Positions 22,224-32,826 of a DNA stretch of 64,000 bases are shown in pieces. The translations under genes and the position numbers were made by a program. The number at the start of each line of letters is the position of its first letter. Positions within the stretch are counted from its first letter, which is position 1. Location of the stretch: NCBI GenBank assembly GCA_009693175.1, contig SHXT01000005.1:2477-66476 (forward strand), written 5' to 3'. This stretch comes from Candidatus Methylopumilus sp. GTDB lineage: Bacteria > Pseudomonadota > Gammaproteobacteria > Burkholderiales > Methylophilaceae. Under the pieces are notes generated by a model. The model saw nothing but the letters and a program-made list of their open reading frames with translations. It had not been told where the DNA came from and searched no databases.

Positions 22224-22319
22224 CTACAAAATAAAGTTTTTAAGAAAAACGTAAAGTGCCAGTGTCAGAACCAAGCCTGAAATAATTGTTCCTAAGATTG
22301 AATCAAGTGGATTTTTCAT
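22224..22319 (-). CDS. Small single-TM protein, 31 aa (MKNPLDSILGTIISGLVLTLALYVFLKNFIL)
   Basis: Below the ORF-track cutoff. Strong RBS AGAGGAG upstream of ATG 22319; its TAG stop forms part of TAGGAG, the RBS of the PuuD-like gene. Confidence 0.75.
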   Translation of the reverse strand: MKNPLDSILGTIISGLVLTLALYVFLKNFIL

Positions 22320-22367
22320 ACAAAAACTCCTCTAAAAATAAGCATCTATATTCAAACGTTGAGATTA

Positions 22368-22388
22368 GCTTAAATAGCTGATTTAAGC
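22368..22388. promoter_or_regulatory. Palindrome GCTTAAAT-AGCTG-ATTTAAGC in the divergent intergenic region (candidate operator)
   Basis: Perfect 8-bp arms read directly; function inferred from position only. Confidence 0.4.
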
Positions 22389-22493
22389 AAGATAGCAGGC
22401 TTAAAAGACAAAATTAAGTTTGCAAAAAAATTGTTTTAAGGCAAAATTACCCCTAGGTATCAAAAATCATTTCCCAATAGTTAATAATCAGGT

Positions 22494-23612
22494 ATGTTGA
22501 CACTAAAGTCCGCTTCATTTCAAAGCAAAATATTCAGCCAGTTACCCGTCCATAGCTATGTCGATTCAAATATTTTTGAATTAGAAAAAAAAACCATTTT
22601 TTCCAAATATCCAAAATACTTGGGGCATCGTTTAATGGCGCCTGAGCATGGGAATTTTCAAGTATTAGATGTAGTCGATAAATCTGCGGTGCTTGTGAAT
22701 AATCATGGAAAAATAAATGTCTTAAGCAATATATGTCGTCATAGGCAAGCTTTGATGCTAGAAAACCGAGGTTCAGTGTCACATATTGTATGTCCTCTTC
22801 ATCGATGGACTTATGGGCTGAATGGCCGATTGGAAAGCGCACCCTATTTCAAAGAAAACCCTTGTTTAAATCTAGAGTCATTTTCATCGGAAATGATACA
22901 TGACTTAATTTTTAGACAGCACTCTAAGCAACCCACAATTAACATTAAAGATGCCATAGAATTTAAAAATCTAAGTAGTTTATTAACCTTTGAAAGCTAT
23001 AAACTACATAGCATTAAAATTGATCATTACAACTTTAATTGGAAAACATTTATTGAAGTTTATCTCGAAGATTACCATGTCTGGGCATTTCATCCAGGTC
23101 TTAATAATATCGTGGACTGTGATGATTTAAAATGGGAATTTAAATCTTTTTCATCTATACAAAAAGTTCCTTTTAGAGAAAAAGATCATCAACAAAGTTC
23201 AAAAATATACGATCTTTGGAAGTCTAAAATTATTGAAAATAATGCAATTAAAAAACCTGAGTTTGGTGCTATTTGGTTAACTATGTATCCTGCCTTTATG
23301 GTGGAATGGTATCCTAATGTCATCGTTGTTTCACATCTTATTCCTGATGATGTGAACCACTGTCGAAATATCATTGAATTTTACTATCCAGAAGAAACTA
23401 TTCTTTTTGATCAGGATTATATTACAGCCCAACAGGCAGCTTATAACGAAACAGCACTTGAAGATAAAATCATTTGCGAAAAAATGAACCAAGGAAGGCA
23501 TTTGCTTTGGAAAAATAAACAAGAAGATATGGGTCCTTATCACGAACCATTAGAAGATGGATTAAAACATTTTCATCAGTGGTACCAAGAAGAAATGTCG
23601 ACTTATCTATGA
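22494..23612 (+). CDS. Rieske non-heme iron oxygenase alpha subunit (possible putrescine 2-hydroxylase type)
   Basis: Rieske CRHR...CPLHRW; mononuclear-iron region NWKTFIEVYLEDYHV..FHP and late ALED. Confidence 0.85.
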   Translation: MLTLKSASFQSKIFSQLPVHSYVDSNIFELEKKTIFSKYPKYLGHRLMAPEHGNFQVLDVVDKSAVLVNNHGKINVLSNICRHRQALMLENRGSVSHIVCPLHRWTYGLNGRLESAPYFKENPCLNLESFSSEMIHDLIFRQHSKQPTINIKDAIEFKNLSSLLTFESYKLHSIKIDHYNFNWKTFIEVYLEDYHVWAFHPGLNNIVDCDDLKWEFKSFSSIQKVPFREKDHQQSSKIYDLWKSKIIENNAIKKPEFGAIWLTMYPAFMVEWYPNVIVVSHLIPDDVNHCRNIIEFYYPEETILFDQDYITAQQAAYNETALEDKIICEKMNQGRHLLWKNKQEDMGPYHEPLEDGLKHFHQWYQEEMSTYL

Positions 23613-24472
23613 CCAATCAAAAAAAAGGTATGCTATGGATTATCGTAGCTACTTTCTTTTTTTCTTTAATGGGCTCTTTTGTAAAACTTGGGGCTAAACA
23701 TTTTTCGAGTACTGAGCTTGTATTTTACCGCTCATTTATTAGCTTGTTCTTTCTTTTCATTTACATTGTTATTGCCCAAAAAAAAATCAAAACAATACAT
23801 TTTAAAAAGCAAATTAATCGGGGTATTGTAGGATTTTTATCTTTAACTTTTTTCTTTTATGCCATCACACATCTCAATCTTGGATCCGCGATGACATTAA
23901 ATTATACATCTCCAATATTTCTTGGATTTTTCTTACCTTTCATATCTCAACAAAGACCTAAAAAAACAATTCTGATATGTACAATTTTTGGTTTTATAGG
24001 AGCTTTATTAATTCTTGACCCTCATGGTGATTGGCAAGGTTGGTTTGCTGGCTTGATTGGTTTGATATCTGGGATTGGTGCTGCACTTGCTTACATACAT
24101 GTGGCTCAACTTGGAAAACTTAAAGAACCCGATTGGAGAACTGTTTTTTATTTCACTTTAGTATCAACCATTGGATCAGGCTTTTGGATTGGATTTACTG
24201 GTTATCAAAAGCTTATATTAAAAGATATTTGGATACTTATTCCCCTTGGTTTATCTGCAACCATCGCCCAACTTGCAATGACTCGTGCTTATCGCCTTGG
24301 AAATACACTTGTAATAGGGGCGTTATCTTATCTTACAATTGTTTTTTCAAGCATCATTAGTCTCTTTTATTTTAATGAAATTATGAGAGCCGAAGATATT
24401 ATTGGTGCGATTATAATTATAGTAAGTGGCGCTATTGCTTCAAACATTAGTTTAAAATCAAGGCTCAATTAA
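23609..24472 (+). CDS. DMT/EamA family transporter (start refined to ATG 23609)
   Basis: About 10 TM segments in two EamA repeats; ATGA overlap with the Rieske gene stop. Confidence 0.88.
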   Translation: MTNQKKGMLWIIVATFFFSLMGSFVKLGAKHFSSTELVFYRSFISLFFLFIYIVIAQKKIKTIHFKKQINRGIVGFLSLTFFFYAITHLNLGSAMTLNYTSPIFLGFFLPFISQQRPKKTILICTIFGFIGALLILDPHGDWQGWFAGLIGLISGIGAALAYIHVAQLGKLKEPDWRTVFYFTLVSTIGSGFWIGFTGYQKLILKDIWILIPLGLSATIAQLAMTRAYRLGNTLVIGALSYLTIVFSSIISLFYFNEIMRAEDIIGAIIIIVSGAIASNISLKSRLN

Positions 24473-25096
24473 ACCACAACGAATTGCAATCAAGGCAATT
24501 TCCGCTGAGTTATTTGCATTCAATTTTTGCTTGATATTATATAAATGAGTTCCAATGGTTCTAGGACTCAGACATAAAGTGACTGCAATCTCATTCGTGC
24601 TTTTACCTTTGGCTAAAGCCATAAAAACTTCAAACTCACGATCAGAAAGAATCTCGACAGGATTAGTTTCTCCCGATAATTGCGTAATAGCCATTTGCTG
24701 AGCAATATTAGGCTCGAGATAACGTTTACCATTATGTATAGATCTAATTGCTTTAATAAGCTCTTCTGCAGCACTTCTTTTAGTTAAATACCCCATTGCC
24801 CCAGCGCTAAGAACGCGCTTAGGATGAACTGAATCTTCATGAGCAGATAACACTAGTATTTTAATATTTTTATCTTTGGCTAAAATACGATCAATTGCCT
24901 CAATACCTCCAATACCAGGCATTGTGATATCCATAATAATAATATCAGGCATAAGTTCTTGAAATAATTTGATAGCAATTTCGCCACTCTCAGCCTCGCC
25001 TACAACTTTAATATCTGTTTCTGACTCGATGAGCATTTTAAATCCCATTCGCACAACAGCATGATCATCAACAAGCAATACTTTAATTTGACTCAT
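24458..25096 (-). CDS. NarL/LuxR-family response regulator
   Basis: VLLVDDH, MDITMPG (phospho-Asp), GYLTK, C-terminal HTH LSDREFEV...LSPRTIGTHLYNIKQKL. Confidence 0.95.
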   Translation of the reverse strand: MSQIKVLLVDDHAVVRMGFKMLIESETDIKVVGEAESGEIAIKLFQELMPDIIIMDITMPGIGGIEAIDRILAKDKNIKILVLSAHEDSVHPKRVLSAGAMGYLTKRSAAEELIKAIRSIHNGKRYLEPNIAQQMAITQLSGETNPVEILSDREFEVFMALAKGKSTNEIAVTLCLSPRTIGTHLYNIKQKLNANNSAEIALIAIRCGLIEP

Positions 25097-25106
25097 TTAT
25101 ATCCTC

Positions 25107-26816
25107 TTACACAGGTAGGGAAATTGAAAGTTGTGTTCCCTGATTTTTTTTAGAAATTAACTCAAATGAGCCATTCAATGACTGGACGCGTTCTTGTATC
25201 CCTAAAATACCAAAATTTTTTGTCTGATCTATCGTTTTAAGGTCCGTACCTTTGCCATTATCTATAAAATTTAACTCTAAATTACCATTTTTCTTAAGTG
25301 ACAAATTAATTTCAATTATTTTAGCTTCTGAATGTTTAATAACGTTATTCATGGCTTCTTGAATAATTCTATAAATATTAATATTCAATGTCTCATTTAG
25401 ATGGGCAAGATCTCCCATTATCGATAAATGAATATCTAAATGTTTGTACTGCTTTTGCCAGCTATTCACTGTGTCTTTTAAAGTATCTGCTAATCCCAAA
25501 CTATCAAGAGAGCCGGGTCTTAATTGTTTGATAATGCTGTGCATGCCATCGTATATTTGATTAGCTGCTGAAATGACAGATTCTGCATTTTTTTCAATTT
25601 CAGGGGATAGTTTTTTAGCCTTATTAGATATATTAGCTGCAAATATCTTAATGGCCGAAACATATTGACCCATTTCATCATGAAGCTCTCTAGCCAAGCT
25701 TCTTCTTTCATCTTCAATATGACTTTGAATAAGTTGAGTAAATTTTCTATTTTCTTCCAGTTTTCTTTTTGACTCTTCTGCAATTTTTTTCTCACTAATG
25801 TCTCTCATGCTACAAATATCGCCAATAACTTGATTAGTGATAGGGTCAATTAAAGGCGAACCTGATATTGTGACATTTAAAATATCTCCATTTTTCTTAA
25901 CTCTTTGCGTTTCAATATTATGAATATTTTTTCTCTTATGTATCAATTCTAAATTTTTTCTTAATTCATTTTCACTTGCTTTTGATGCAAGTATATAAGC
26001 TGACCTTCCTAATACTTCCTTAGCAGAATATCCAAATAATTTTTCAGCGGAAGCATTCCAAAAAGATATTTTGAAATGAAGGTCGTGAATAATAATAGCA
26101 TCGGCTGTTTGCTGTGCGATCAAAGCTAATCTTTGATTTTCTCGAATATTAGACTGCAGTGAATCGCCCATAAGATTAAAATTAATTGCAATGGCTGCAA
26201 ACTCAGGGAGATTAAATTTAGGTAACCTTGCCGAAAAATCACCCCCTCCCATTTTATTAATAGCTTCAACCATCGGCCGAAGTGGTTTTAGCCAAAAACC
26301 AAGCATCCAATACACGGCAATATTGAGTAAAACAAAAAATATTAAAGCAATCCAAAAAAAGTGATACATTTTAGACCAGGCTTCTTTAATAGCGCCTGCT
26401 GGATTTGTTTTAACAACCAACTTCCCAAAGCGCATCATTCTCGTATCCACCTCTTCTTTAGGTGAGAGGCTGTTAATAAACCATTTGGGGGTAGGCGAAT
26501 CTTCTGAGCGATATTTAGAAGGTGGGGAATGATAAAGTAAATCACCCTGCAGATTAAATAAATAAATATCACTACTTCTTACATGGCCCAATTCCTCTAG
26601 AAATCTTTTCATCACATCATGGGTGTATCCCCACTCTGGATTTTGGACTGAGCTTATAATCACCGTATCTAAAAGCTGCATAGTCACGCGATTTGCAGAT
26701 TCCACACCTTCTTGAATAGATTCCTTTGATCCTTTTATAATGGTATAACCCATTGAAATAAAGAAAATTAACAAGATAGCTGTAATTAAAAGATTTAATC
26801 TAACTCTTAAGTTCAT
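25107..26816 (-). CDS. Sensor histidine kinase (MoxY/MxaY-like periplasmic domain, HAMP, PAS, HisKA_3, HATPase)
   Basis: Two TMs around a periplasmic region, HAMP, PAS (FWNASAEKLFGYS), LARELHDEMGQ H-box, EAMNNVIKHS, DNGKG, GILGIQERV. Confidence 0.9.
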   Translation of the reverse strand: MNLRVRLNLLITAILLIFFISMGYTIIKGSKESIQEGVESANRVTMQLLDTVIISSVQNPEWGYTHDVMKRFLEELGHVRSSDIYLFNLQGDLLYHSPPSKYRSEDSPTPKWFINSLSPKEEVDTRMMRFGKLVVKTNPAGAIKEAWSKMYHFFWIALIFFVLLNIAVYWMLGFWLKPLRPMVEAINKMGGGDFSARLPKFNLPEFAAIAINFNLMGDSLQSNIRENQRLALIAQQTADAIIIHDLHFKISFWNASAEKLFGYSAKEVLGRSAYILASKASENELRKNLELIHKRKNIHNIETQRVKKNGDILNVTISGSPLIDPITNQVIGDICSMRDISEKKIAEESKRKLEENRKFTQLIQSHIEDERRSLARELHDEMGQYVSAIKIFAANISNKAKKLSPEIEKNAESVISAANQIYDGMHSIIKQLRPGSLDSLGLADTLKDTVNSWQKQYKHLDIHLSIMGDLAHLNETLNINIYRIIQEAMNNVIKHSEAKIIEINLSLKKNGNLELNFIDNGKGTDLKTIDQTKNFGILGIQERVQSLNGSFELISKKNQGTQLSISLPV

Positions 26817-26976
26817 TTTTTATTCATTTGTGTGATTAATATGAATGACTTTTACCACACATAAAGGTTCGCTCACAAGCTTTAAATAATTAAATGTTGT
26901 CTTTTTGCTTTACATAAAAAAAATTTATACTAGTATTGGATTTTGTTTTTAAATTTAAATTATTAAATTAAATAAT

Positions 26977-28953
26977 ATGGGTATTGAATCATTATTAAGT
27001 GAACACAGAAAGTTTTACCCTAGTCAATTATTTGCTGATCATGCAAATGTGTCTGGTATGGCTGCTTACGAAAAACTTTGCGCCTCCGCAAATGAAAACT
27101 ATGAAAAATTTTGGGCCGATCTTGCGAACGAATTAATTATATGGAAAAAACCATTTACCAAGACTTTAAATTCATCAAATGCACCTTTTTACAAATGGTT
27201 TGAAGATGGTGAGTTAAATGTTTCTTACAATTGCTTAGATAAGCATCTAAATTCGCAACCTAATAAAATTGCAATTATTTTTGAGTTAGACAACGGTGAT
27301 GTTACAAACGTTACCTATAAGGAACTTTATGAGAGAGTGTGTCAATTTGCGAATGGTTTAAAAACATTCAAACTCAATATTGGAGATAGGGTTGTTATCT
27401 ATTTACCTATGGGTATTGAAGCGGTTGTAGCCATGTTGGCTTGTGTCAGAATTGGATTAACGCATTCAGTAGTATTTGGAGGGTTCTCAGCAAAAAGCAT
27501 TCAAGAACGTATTAAAGATGCAAAAGCAAAACTTATCATTACCTCAGACATTCAATATCGCGGTGGCAAAACACTTCCACTTAAAACTGCTGTAGATGAG
27601 GCGCTTAGTTTAGGCGGATGTGAAACAATTGTAAATACAGTTGTACTTAAAAAATCGAAAGAAAATGCTGTGTTAAAAACTAAAGAAAGTTGGTGGCATA
27701 CATTAATAGAAAATCAAGCAACAGATTGCGACCCGGTATATGTAAATGCTGAACATCCCTTATTCCTTCTTTACACATCAGGCTCGACAGGAACGCCTAA
27801 GGGCGTTCAACACTCCTCTGCAGGTTACCTCCTCCATGCTATGAATACAATGCGATGGACTTTTGATATTAAGCATAATGATATTTATTGGTGTACGGCA
27901 GATGTAGGATGGATTACAGGTCATACTTATGTCGTCTATGGGCCTCTTGCAATGGGTGTCACACAAATTATCTATGAAGGTATCCCGACCTTCCCGCATG
28001 CGGGTCGATTTTGGCAAATCATTGAAAAACACCATGCCACTATTTTTTATACTGCACCTACAGCAATCAGATCTCTCATTAAAGCATCTGAGGCAAACGC
28101 GGAATCTAATCCAGATACATACAACCTATCAAGTCTTCGTTTATTGGGCTCTGTAGGAGAGCCTATTAATCCAGAAGCTTGGATGTGGTACTACGAAAGA
28201 ATTGGAAAAAACCGCTGTCCTATTGCAGATACATTTTGGCAAACAGAAACAGGTGGTCATGTCATTACGCCTTTACCTGGAGCCACGCCGCTAGTTCCTG
28301 GCTCCTGCACGCTCCCATTTCCAGGTATAGATGCAACTATTGTCGATGAAGTAGGTAATGAAGTACCTTGGGGTACTGGAGGTCTTTTAGTTATCAAAAA
28401 ACCTTGGCCCTCTATGATAAGAGGTATTTGGGGTGATTCAGAACGTTATAAAAAAAGTTACTATCCTGATGAATTAGGAGGAAAACTCTACCTTGCGGGT
28501 GATGGTGCAATCAGAGATAAAATCACTGGTTACTTTACAATTATGGGACGTATTGATGATGTATTAAGCGTTTCAGGACATAGACTTGGCACTATGGAAA
28601 TTGAATCTTCTTTGGTTTCAAACCCTTTGGTTGCAGAAGCCGCTGTTGTTGGAAAGCCTCATGAAATTAAAGGTGAGTCAATTGTAGCTTATGTTGTGCT
28701 AAAAGGTAAAAGGCCTGAAGGTGAAGAAGCAAAAGTAATTATGAATCAATTAAGAGATTGGGTAGGTAAAGATATAGGTCCTATTGCCAAGCCTGATGAC
28801 ATAAGATTTGGTGATAACTTACCCAAGACTCGTTCAGGCAAAATTATGCGCAGACTCCTTCGCTCTCTTGCTAAGGGTGAGGAAATTACATCTGATATTT
28901 CAACCCTTGATAACCCATCTATTCTTGAACAACTAAAACAAACAATTCAATAA
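26977..28953 (+). CDS. acs: Acetyl-CoA synthetase
   Basis: [32 protein letters not shown]. Confidence 0.97.
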   Translation: MGIESLLSEHRKFYPSQLFADHANVSGMAAYEKLCASANENYEKFWADLANELIIWKKPFTKTLNSSNAPFYKWFEDGELNVSYNCLDKHLNSQPNKIAIIFELDNGDVTNVTYKELYERVCQFANGLKTFKLNIGDRVVIYLPMGIEAVVAMLACVRIGLTHSVVFGGFSAKSIQERIKDAKAKLIITSDIQYRGGKTLPLKTAVDEALSLGGCETIVNTVVLKKSKENAVLKTKESWWHTLIENQATDCDPVYVNAEHPLFLLYTSGSTGTPKGVQHSSAGYLLHAMNTMRWTFDIKHNDIYWCTADVGWITGHTYVVYGPLAMGVTQIIYEGIPTFPHAGRFWQIIEKHHATIFYTAPTAIRSLIKASEANAESNPDTYNLSSLRLLGSVGEPINPEAWMWYYERIGKNRCPIADTFWQTETGGHVITPLPGATPLVPGSCTLPFPGIDATIVDEVGNEVPWGTGGLLVIKKPWPSMIRGIWGDSERYKKSYYPDELGGKLYLAGDGAIRDKITGYFTIMGRIDDVLSVSGHRLGTMEIESSLVSNPLVAEAAVVGKPHEIKGESIVAYVVLKGKRPEGEEAKVIMNQLRDWVGKDIGPIAKPDDIRFGDNLPKTRSGKIMRRLLRSLAKGEEITSDISTLDNPSILEQLKQTIQ

Positions 28954-28997
28954 TTTAAAGTAAAATAGCGTAAGCGGTTTAAGTTTGAGAAAGACCA

Positions 28998-31900
28998 ATG
29001 AAGCAAAAATTACTTCCTTACGTAAAAAAAATAGGTATTGTATTTGCCATTATCTATGCTCTTTTTGTCATTTTATTTAGCCTTACATTTCAGCTTTACA
29101 TCAAACCTAATTTAAATAATTACAAAACCATGATCGAAGAACTTGCTTCAAAAGCCATAGGCCAAACCATCAAAATAGATTCATTAGATGGTCGATGGGA
29201 TCTTATAAATCCAGAAATAGCGCTTAATAAAGTTGTATTTCAAGATGACCAAAATAATACGTCCTTAGAACTGAAAGAAATAAGCGCTAATTTTTCTTGG
29301 TTAAGTCCATTTTATTTAAAACCCACACTTTCAGAAATTAAATTACAAGCACCTAAGCTTCTTATTAAACGAGATACAAATAATAAAATTTTTATTGGTG
29401 GTATGTTGATTGACGGGACTAGAAATAACAAATTAACTAATTGGTTACTTAATCAAAAAAAGGTTTCCATCGAACAAGGTGAAATTGATTGGCATGATGA
29501 ATATAGACAAGCCCCTGCACTTAGTCTAAAAAATTTAAATTTTAGTTACAAGACACCTTTTAATATTGAGCTTATCGGTAAACATAAATTCGATCTAAAT
29601 TTTAGAATCAATAATAGCGACAACCAATTTATCGATCTTAACGGCAAGATCTATGCAAAAAAAATTGAAGACATTAAGTCTTGGGTTTCAGAAATTAGAA
29701 TCAAAGCGGGCAATATTAATTTGGCAGCGTATACGCCTTGGATAAACTACCCTGTCAAAATTAATGCAGGCACTGGCGATTTAAACTTAAATGCGAAGAT
29801 TACTAATACAACGATCACTAAAATTAAAGCATCTCTCAAACTGACAAGTTTGAAAACTGAACTTAATCAAGCTTATAAAAATGAGCTTAATTTAAAAAAT
29901 TTTTATGGTGAGATTATTTGGCTCAGAAATAATGAGAGCCAACAAATTACTTTTGAAAATCTTTATTTGCTAACTAATAATGGCATTAACATTGAAAATG
30001 CAGATACCTCGATTACTATTTCAAATGAAACAAATAAGCCTACTGCATTCTCTCTTAAAATAAATAAAATTCAACTTGATGCTGCCAATGAAATTTTACA
30101 AATCATCCCTTACTTTGACGATATTAAAAGCAAAATAAATACTATCCAGCCTTCCGGCTCTGTTTCTAATGTAGATCTAAAATGGTCAAGTAATAAAAAA
30201 TTTGGATTGAGCCTTAATGCTCAATTTGAAAAATTAAGTCTAAAAGCTTTTGAAAATTTACCAGGTTTTGATAATTTAACAGGAACAGTTAATTTATCAG
30301 ATGAAAATGGTCAATTAAACCTTAAGTCAAATGATGCCTCTTTAACCTATGCTAAATTTTTTAGAGGGCCCTTATTATTTAACAATTTGTATGGTGATTT
30401 AAAATGGACTCATAATAATTTAATTTTAAAAAATATTAGTTTTAATAATGCATCTATTAATGGTTTAATTAATGGGAGCATAAAAAATATTTCGCAAGCT
30501 CCTTATTTAGATATTGATGCTTCCATTCCTTTTTTAGACTTTAAACACGCAAATGCCTACTACCCAAAAACAATGAAGGCTGAAAGCCTGCATTGGTTAG
30601 ACACTTCTTTACTTGAAGGCAGTTTCGAAAATACCTTAATTTCAATTAAAGGCCTAGCTGCTGACTTTCCTTTTGTAAACTCTAACGGCAAGCCTGATGG
30701 AAGCAAAGGCTCATTTATTGTAACAAGTTTAGGAAAAAATACATTAATTGAATACGGTACAGGCTGGCCGGTTGTTGAGAAATTTGATTTCACAGCGTCT
30801 ATCAATGGCGGATCATTTGAATTATTAAGTCAAAAGGGTCAATTCCTAGGTAATGCCATCAAAGAATTTAAAGTAACAATTCCCACGATAGCTATTGAAC
30901 ATCCACTATTAAATATTAAAGGCATACTTAATAGCCCCACAGAGGAAGCTATTAAATTCATTAATAAAAGCCCTGTAAAAAAATCGGTACAGAATCTATT
31001 TGATAATGCTTCAGGATCTGGTGAGGGCAAATTAAAAGTAGATATTGATATACCCATGGGCAATCTTGATGCAATTACATTTAAAGGTGATTATCAATTT
31101 ATTGATAGTAAACTTAGTAATCCAACAATAGGTATTCCAACTATGGAAAAAATTAAAGGCTCAGTTAATTTTGATGAAAAAAATGTAAAAACGGAAAATC
31201 TTAATGGAATTATATTCGGCGGCAAAACCAACATCACGCTCTCATCAGATCCAACTAAAATCATTAAAGTTAAATTAAATGGAAGATTTACCGACAAAGG
31301 TATTGAAGAAAAATTAGGCACTCATTTTGCTAAATTAAATGGTTCTGCAGAATGGGAAGGTTTAATTGAATACAAAAAACCTTTGCTCAATATACAAATT
31401 TCTTCTGATCTTAAGGGTATTGAAATGACTTATCCAGAGCCTTTTGCTAAAGCAAGAGATAAAGAAGAAAAATTCTATTTTTCTAAAAAACAGAATAATC
31501 CTAAATCTGATAATATTGAATTTAAATACAGCAACATAGTAAATTCTAAAATATCGCGCACTGAAAAAAATAATATTATGGCTATCGATAATGGTTATAT
31601 TTCGATTAATTCAGACATTAAAACAAATATCCAGCATGGTGTTTACTTAAAAGCTGATCTCCCTTATGCAAACCTAAATGATTTTATGGCTATATACAAT
31701 GAAAAAGATAGTAACAATAACTTAAAAATTGACAGAGCGGATATCACCATTAAAAATGCTGACCTCTTCGACAGAAGATTTAATAATATGAGAATAGAAA
31801 TTAAGCCCTTCAATACAAATATAAAATTCAAATTAATTTCAAATGAGGCAATGGGTAATCTTTTATGGTCAAAAAGAGATAATAAATTAACAGCTAGATT

Positions 31901-32825
31901 TAATACACTTAAACTACCTAATGAAACTAAAAAAATATCTCCTTCACCACAAAATGAAAATAATCAAAAGATACCTAATTTAGACATTAAAATTGATTCA
32001 CTTGAAATTGATAGCAAAAAATTTGGAAAAGTTGAATTTATCTCAAGCACATCTATGCAAGATATCAATATTCAAAAATTTAAAGTAATGAACGATAAAA
32101 ACATTTTTCAAGCGGACGGGGAATGGCTTAGCTGGAATAAGAATTCTAGAACAAATATTAATTTTAATTGGAAAATTAATAACTTAGGTGAAGAGCTTAA
32201 CTTTTTAGGCTATCAAAATTTTGTTAAAGATGGTGAGGCAGATATATCAGGTCAATTTAAGTGGCAAGGCAGTCCATTAGAATTCGATAAAACAAAAGCT
32301 GATGGCTCATTTAATATTGATGTACATAAAGGTACGATTCAAAAAATTGAGCCTGGTTTAGGTAGATTATTTGGTCTTGTAACTTTACAAAGCTTGCCTC
32401 GAAGGCTGAGTTTAGACTTTAGAGACTTATTCGGAAATGGTTTCGTTCTTGATTCAATGAATGCTTCTGTTCGTTTAAATAACGGCATACTTAAAACAAG
32501 TAATTTTAGAATGAATGGTCCAGCAGCTGAGGTTGTCATATCAGGAGAAACAAATATTATTAAAGAAACTCAAGATTTGAATGTCAAAGTGACACCTCAT
32601 ATCAGCGATAGCATTTCCATTGCAGCCCTTGCAGGTGGGCCAATTGTAGGTGCTGCTGCATTCATTGCTCAAAAAATTCTTAAAGATCCAATGAATAAAA
32701 TATTAACATCAGAATATCGTATTATCGGGACATGGGACAATCCTGAGGAATTAGATAACTCTCCTACAGATAAAATAAAAACAACGATTGATAATACTAA
32801 AAATTTGTTTACTGATAAAAAATAA
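28998..32825 (+). CDS. yhdP: YhdP/AsmA2-family phospholipid transporter
   Basis: 1275 aa, N-terminal TM, beta-rich body, C-terminal GRLFGLVTLQSLPRRLSLDFRD; upstream of nitrilase-tldD. Confidence 0.9.
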   Translation: MKQKLLPYVKKIGIVFAIIYALFVILFSLTFQLYIKPNLNNYKTMIEELASKAIGQTIKIDSLDGRWDLINPEIALNKVVFQDDQNNTSLELKEISANFSWLSPFYLKPTLSEIKLQAPKLLIKRDTNNKIFIGGMLIDGTRNNKLTNWLLNQKKVSIEQGEIDWHDEYRQAPALSLKNLNFSYKTPFNIELIGKHKFDLNFRINNSDNQFIDLNGKIYAKKIEDIKSWVSEIRIKAGNINLAAYTPWINYPVKINAGTGDLNLNAKITNTTITKIKASLKLTSLKTELNQAYKNELNLKNFYGEIIWLRNNESQQITFENLYLLTNNGINIENADTSITISNETNKPTAFSLKINKIQLDAANEILQIIPYFDDIKSKINTIQPSGSVSNVDLKWSSNKKFGLSLNAQFEKLSLKAFENLPGFDNLTGTVNLSDENGQLNLKSNDASLTYAKFFRGPLLFNNLYGDLKWTHNNLILKNISFNNASINGLINGSIKNISQAPYLDIDASIPFLDFKHANAYYPKTMKAESLHWLDTSLLEGSFENTLISIKGLAADFPFVNSNGKPDGSKGSFIVTSLGKNTLIEYGTGWPVVEKFDFTASINGGSFELLSQKGQFLGNAIKEFKVTIPTIAIEHPLLNIKGILNSPTEEAIKFINKSPVKKSVQNLFDNASGSGEGKLKVDIDIPMGNLDAITFKGDYQFIDSKLSNPTIGIPTMEKIKGSVNFDEKNVKTENLNGIIFGGKTNITLSSDPTKIIKVKLNGRFTDKGIEEKLGTHFAKLNGSAEWEGLIEYKKPLLNIQISSDLKGIEMTYPEPFAKARDKEEKFYFSKKQNNPKSDNIEFKYSNIVNSKISRTEKNNIMAIDNGYISINSDIKTNIQHGVYLKADLPYANLNDFMAIYNEKDSNNNLKIDRADITIKNADLFDRRFNNMRIEIKPFNTNIKFKLISNEAMGNLLWSKRDNKLTARFNTLKLPNETKKISPSPQNENNQKIPNLDIKIDSLEIDSKKFGKVEFISSTSMQDINIQKFKVMNDKNIFQADGEWLSWNKNSRTNINFNWKINNLGEELNFLGYQNFVKDGEADISGQFKWQGSPLEFDKTKADGSFNIDVHKGTIQKIEPGLGRLFGLVTLQSLPRRLSLDFRDLFGNGFVLDSMNASVRLNNGILKTSNFRMNGPAAEVVISGETNIIKETQDLNVKVTPHISDSISIAALAGGPIVGAAAFIAQKILKDPMNKILTSEYRIIGTWDNPEELDNSPTDKIKTTIDNTKNLFTDKK

Positions 32826-32826
32826 T

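Noticed and set aside
26817-26976. CRP-like site or hairpin (TGTGA...; TGTGTG/CACACA) between the kinase gene and acs
   Set aside because: Second half-site is poor and the stem is only 6 bp; not distinguishable from chance.
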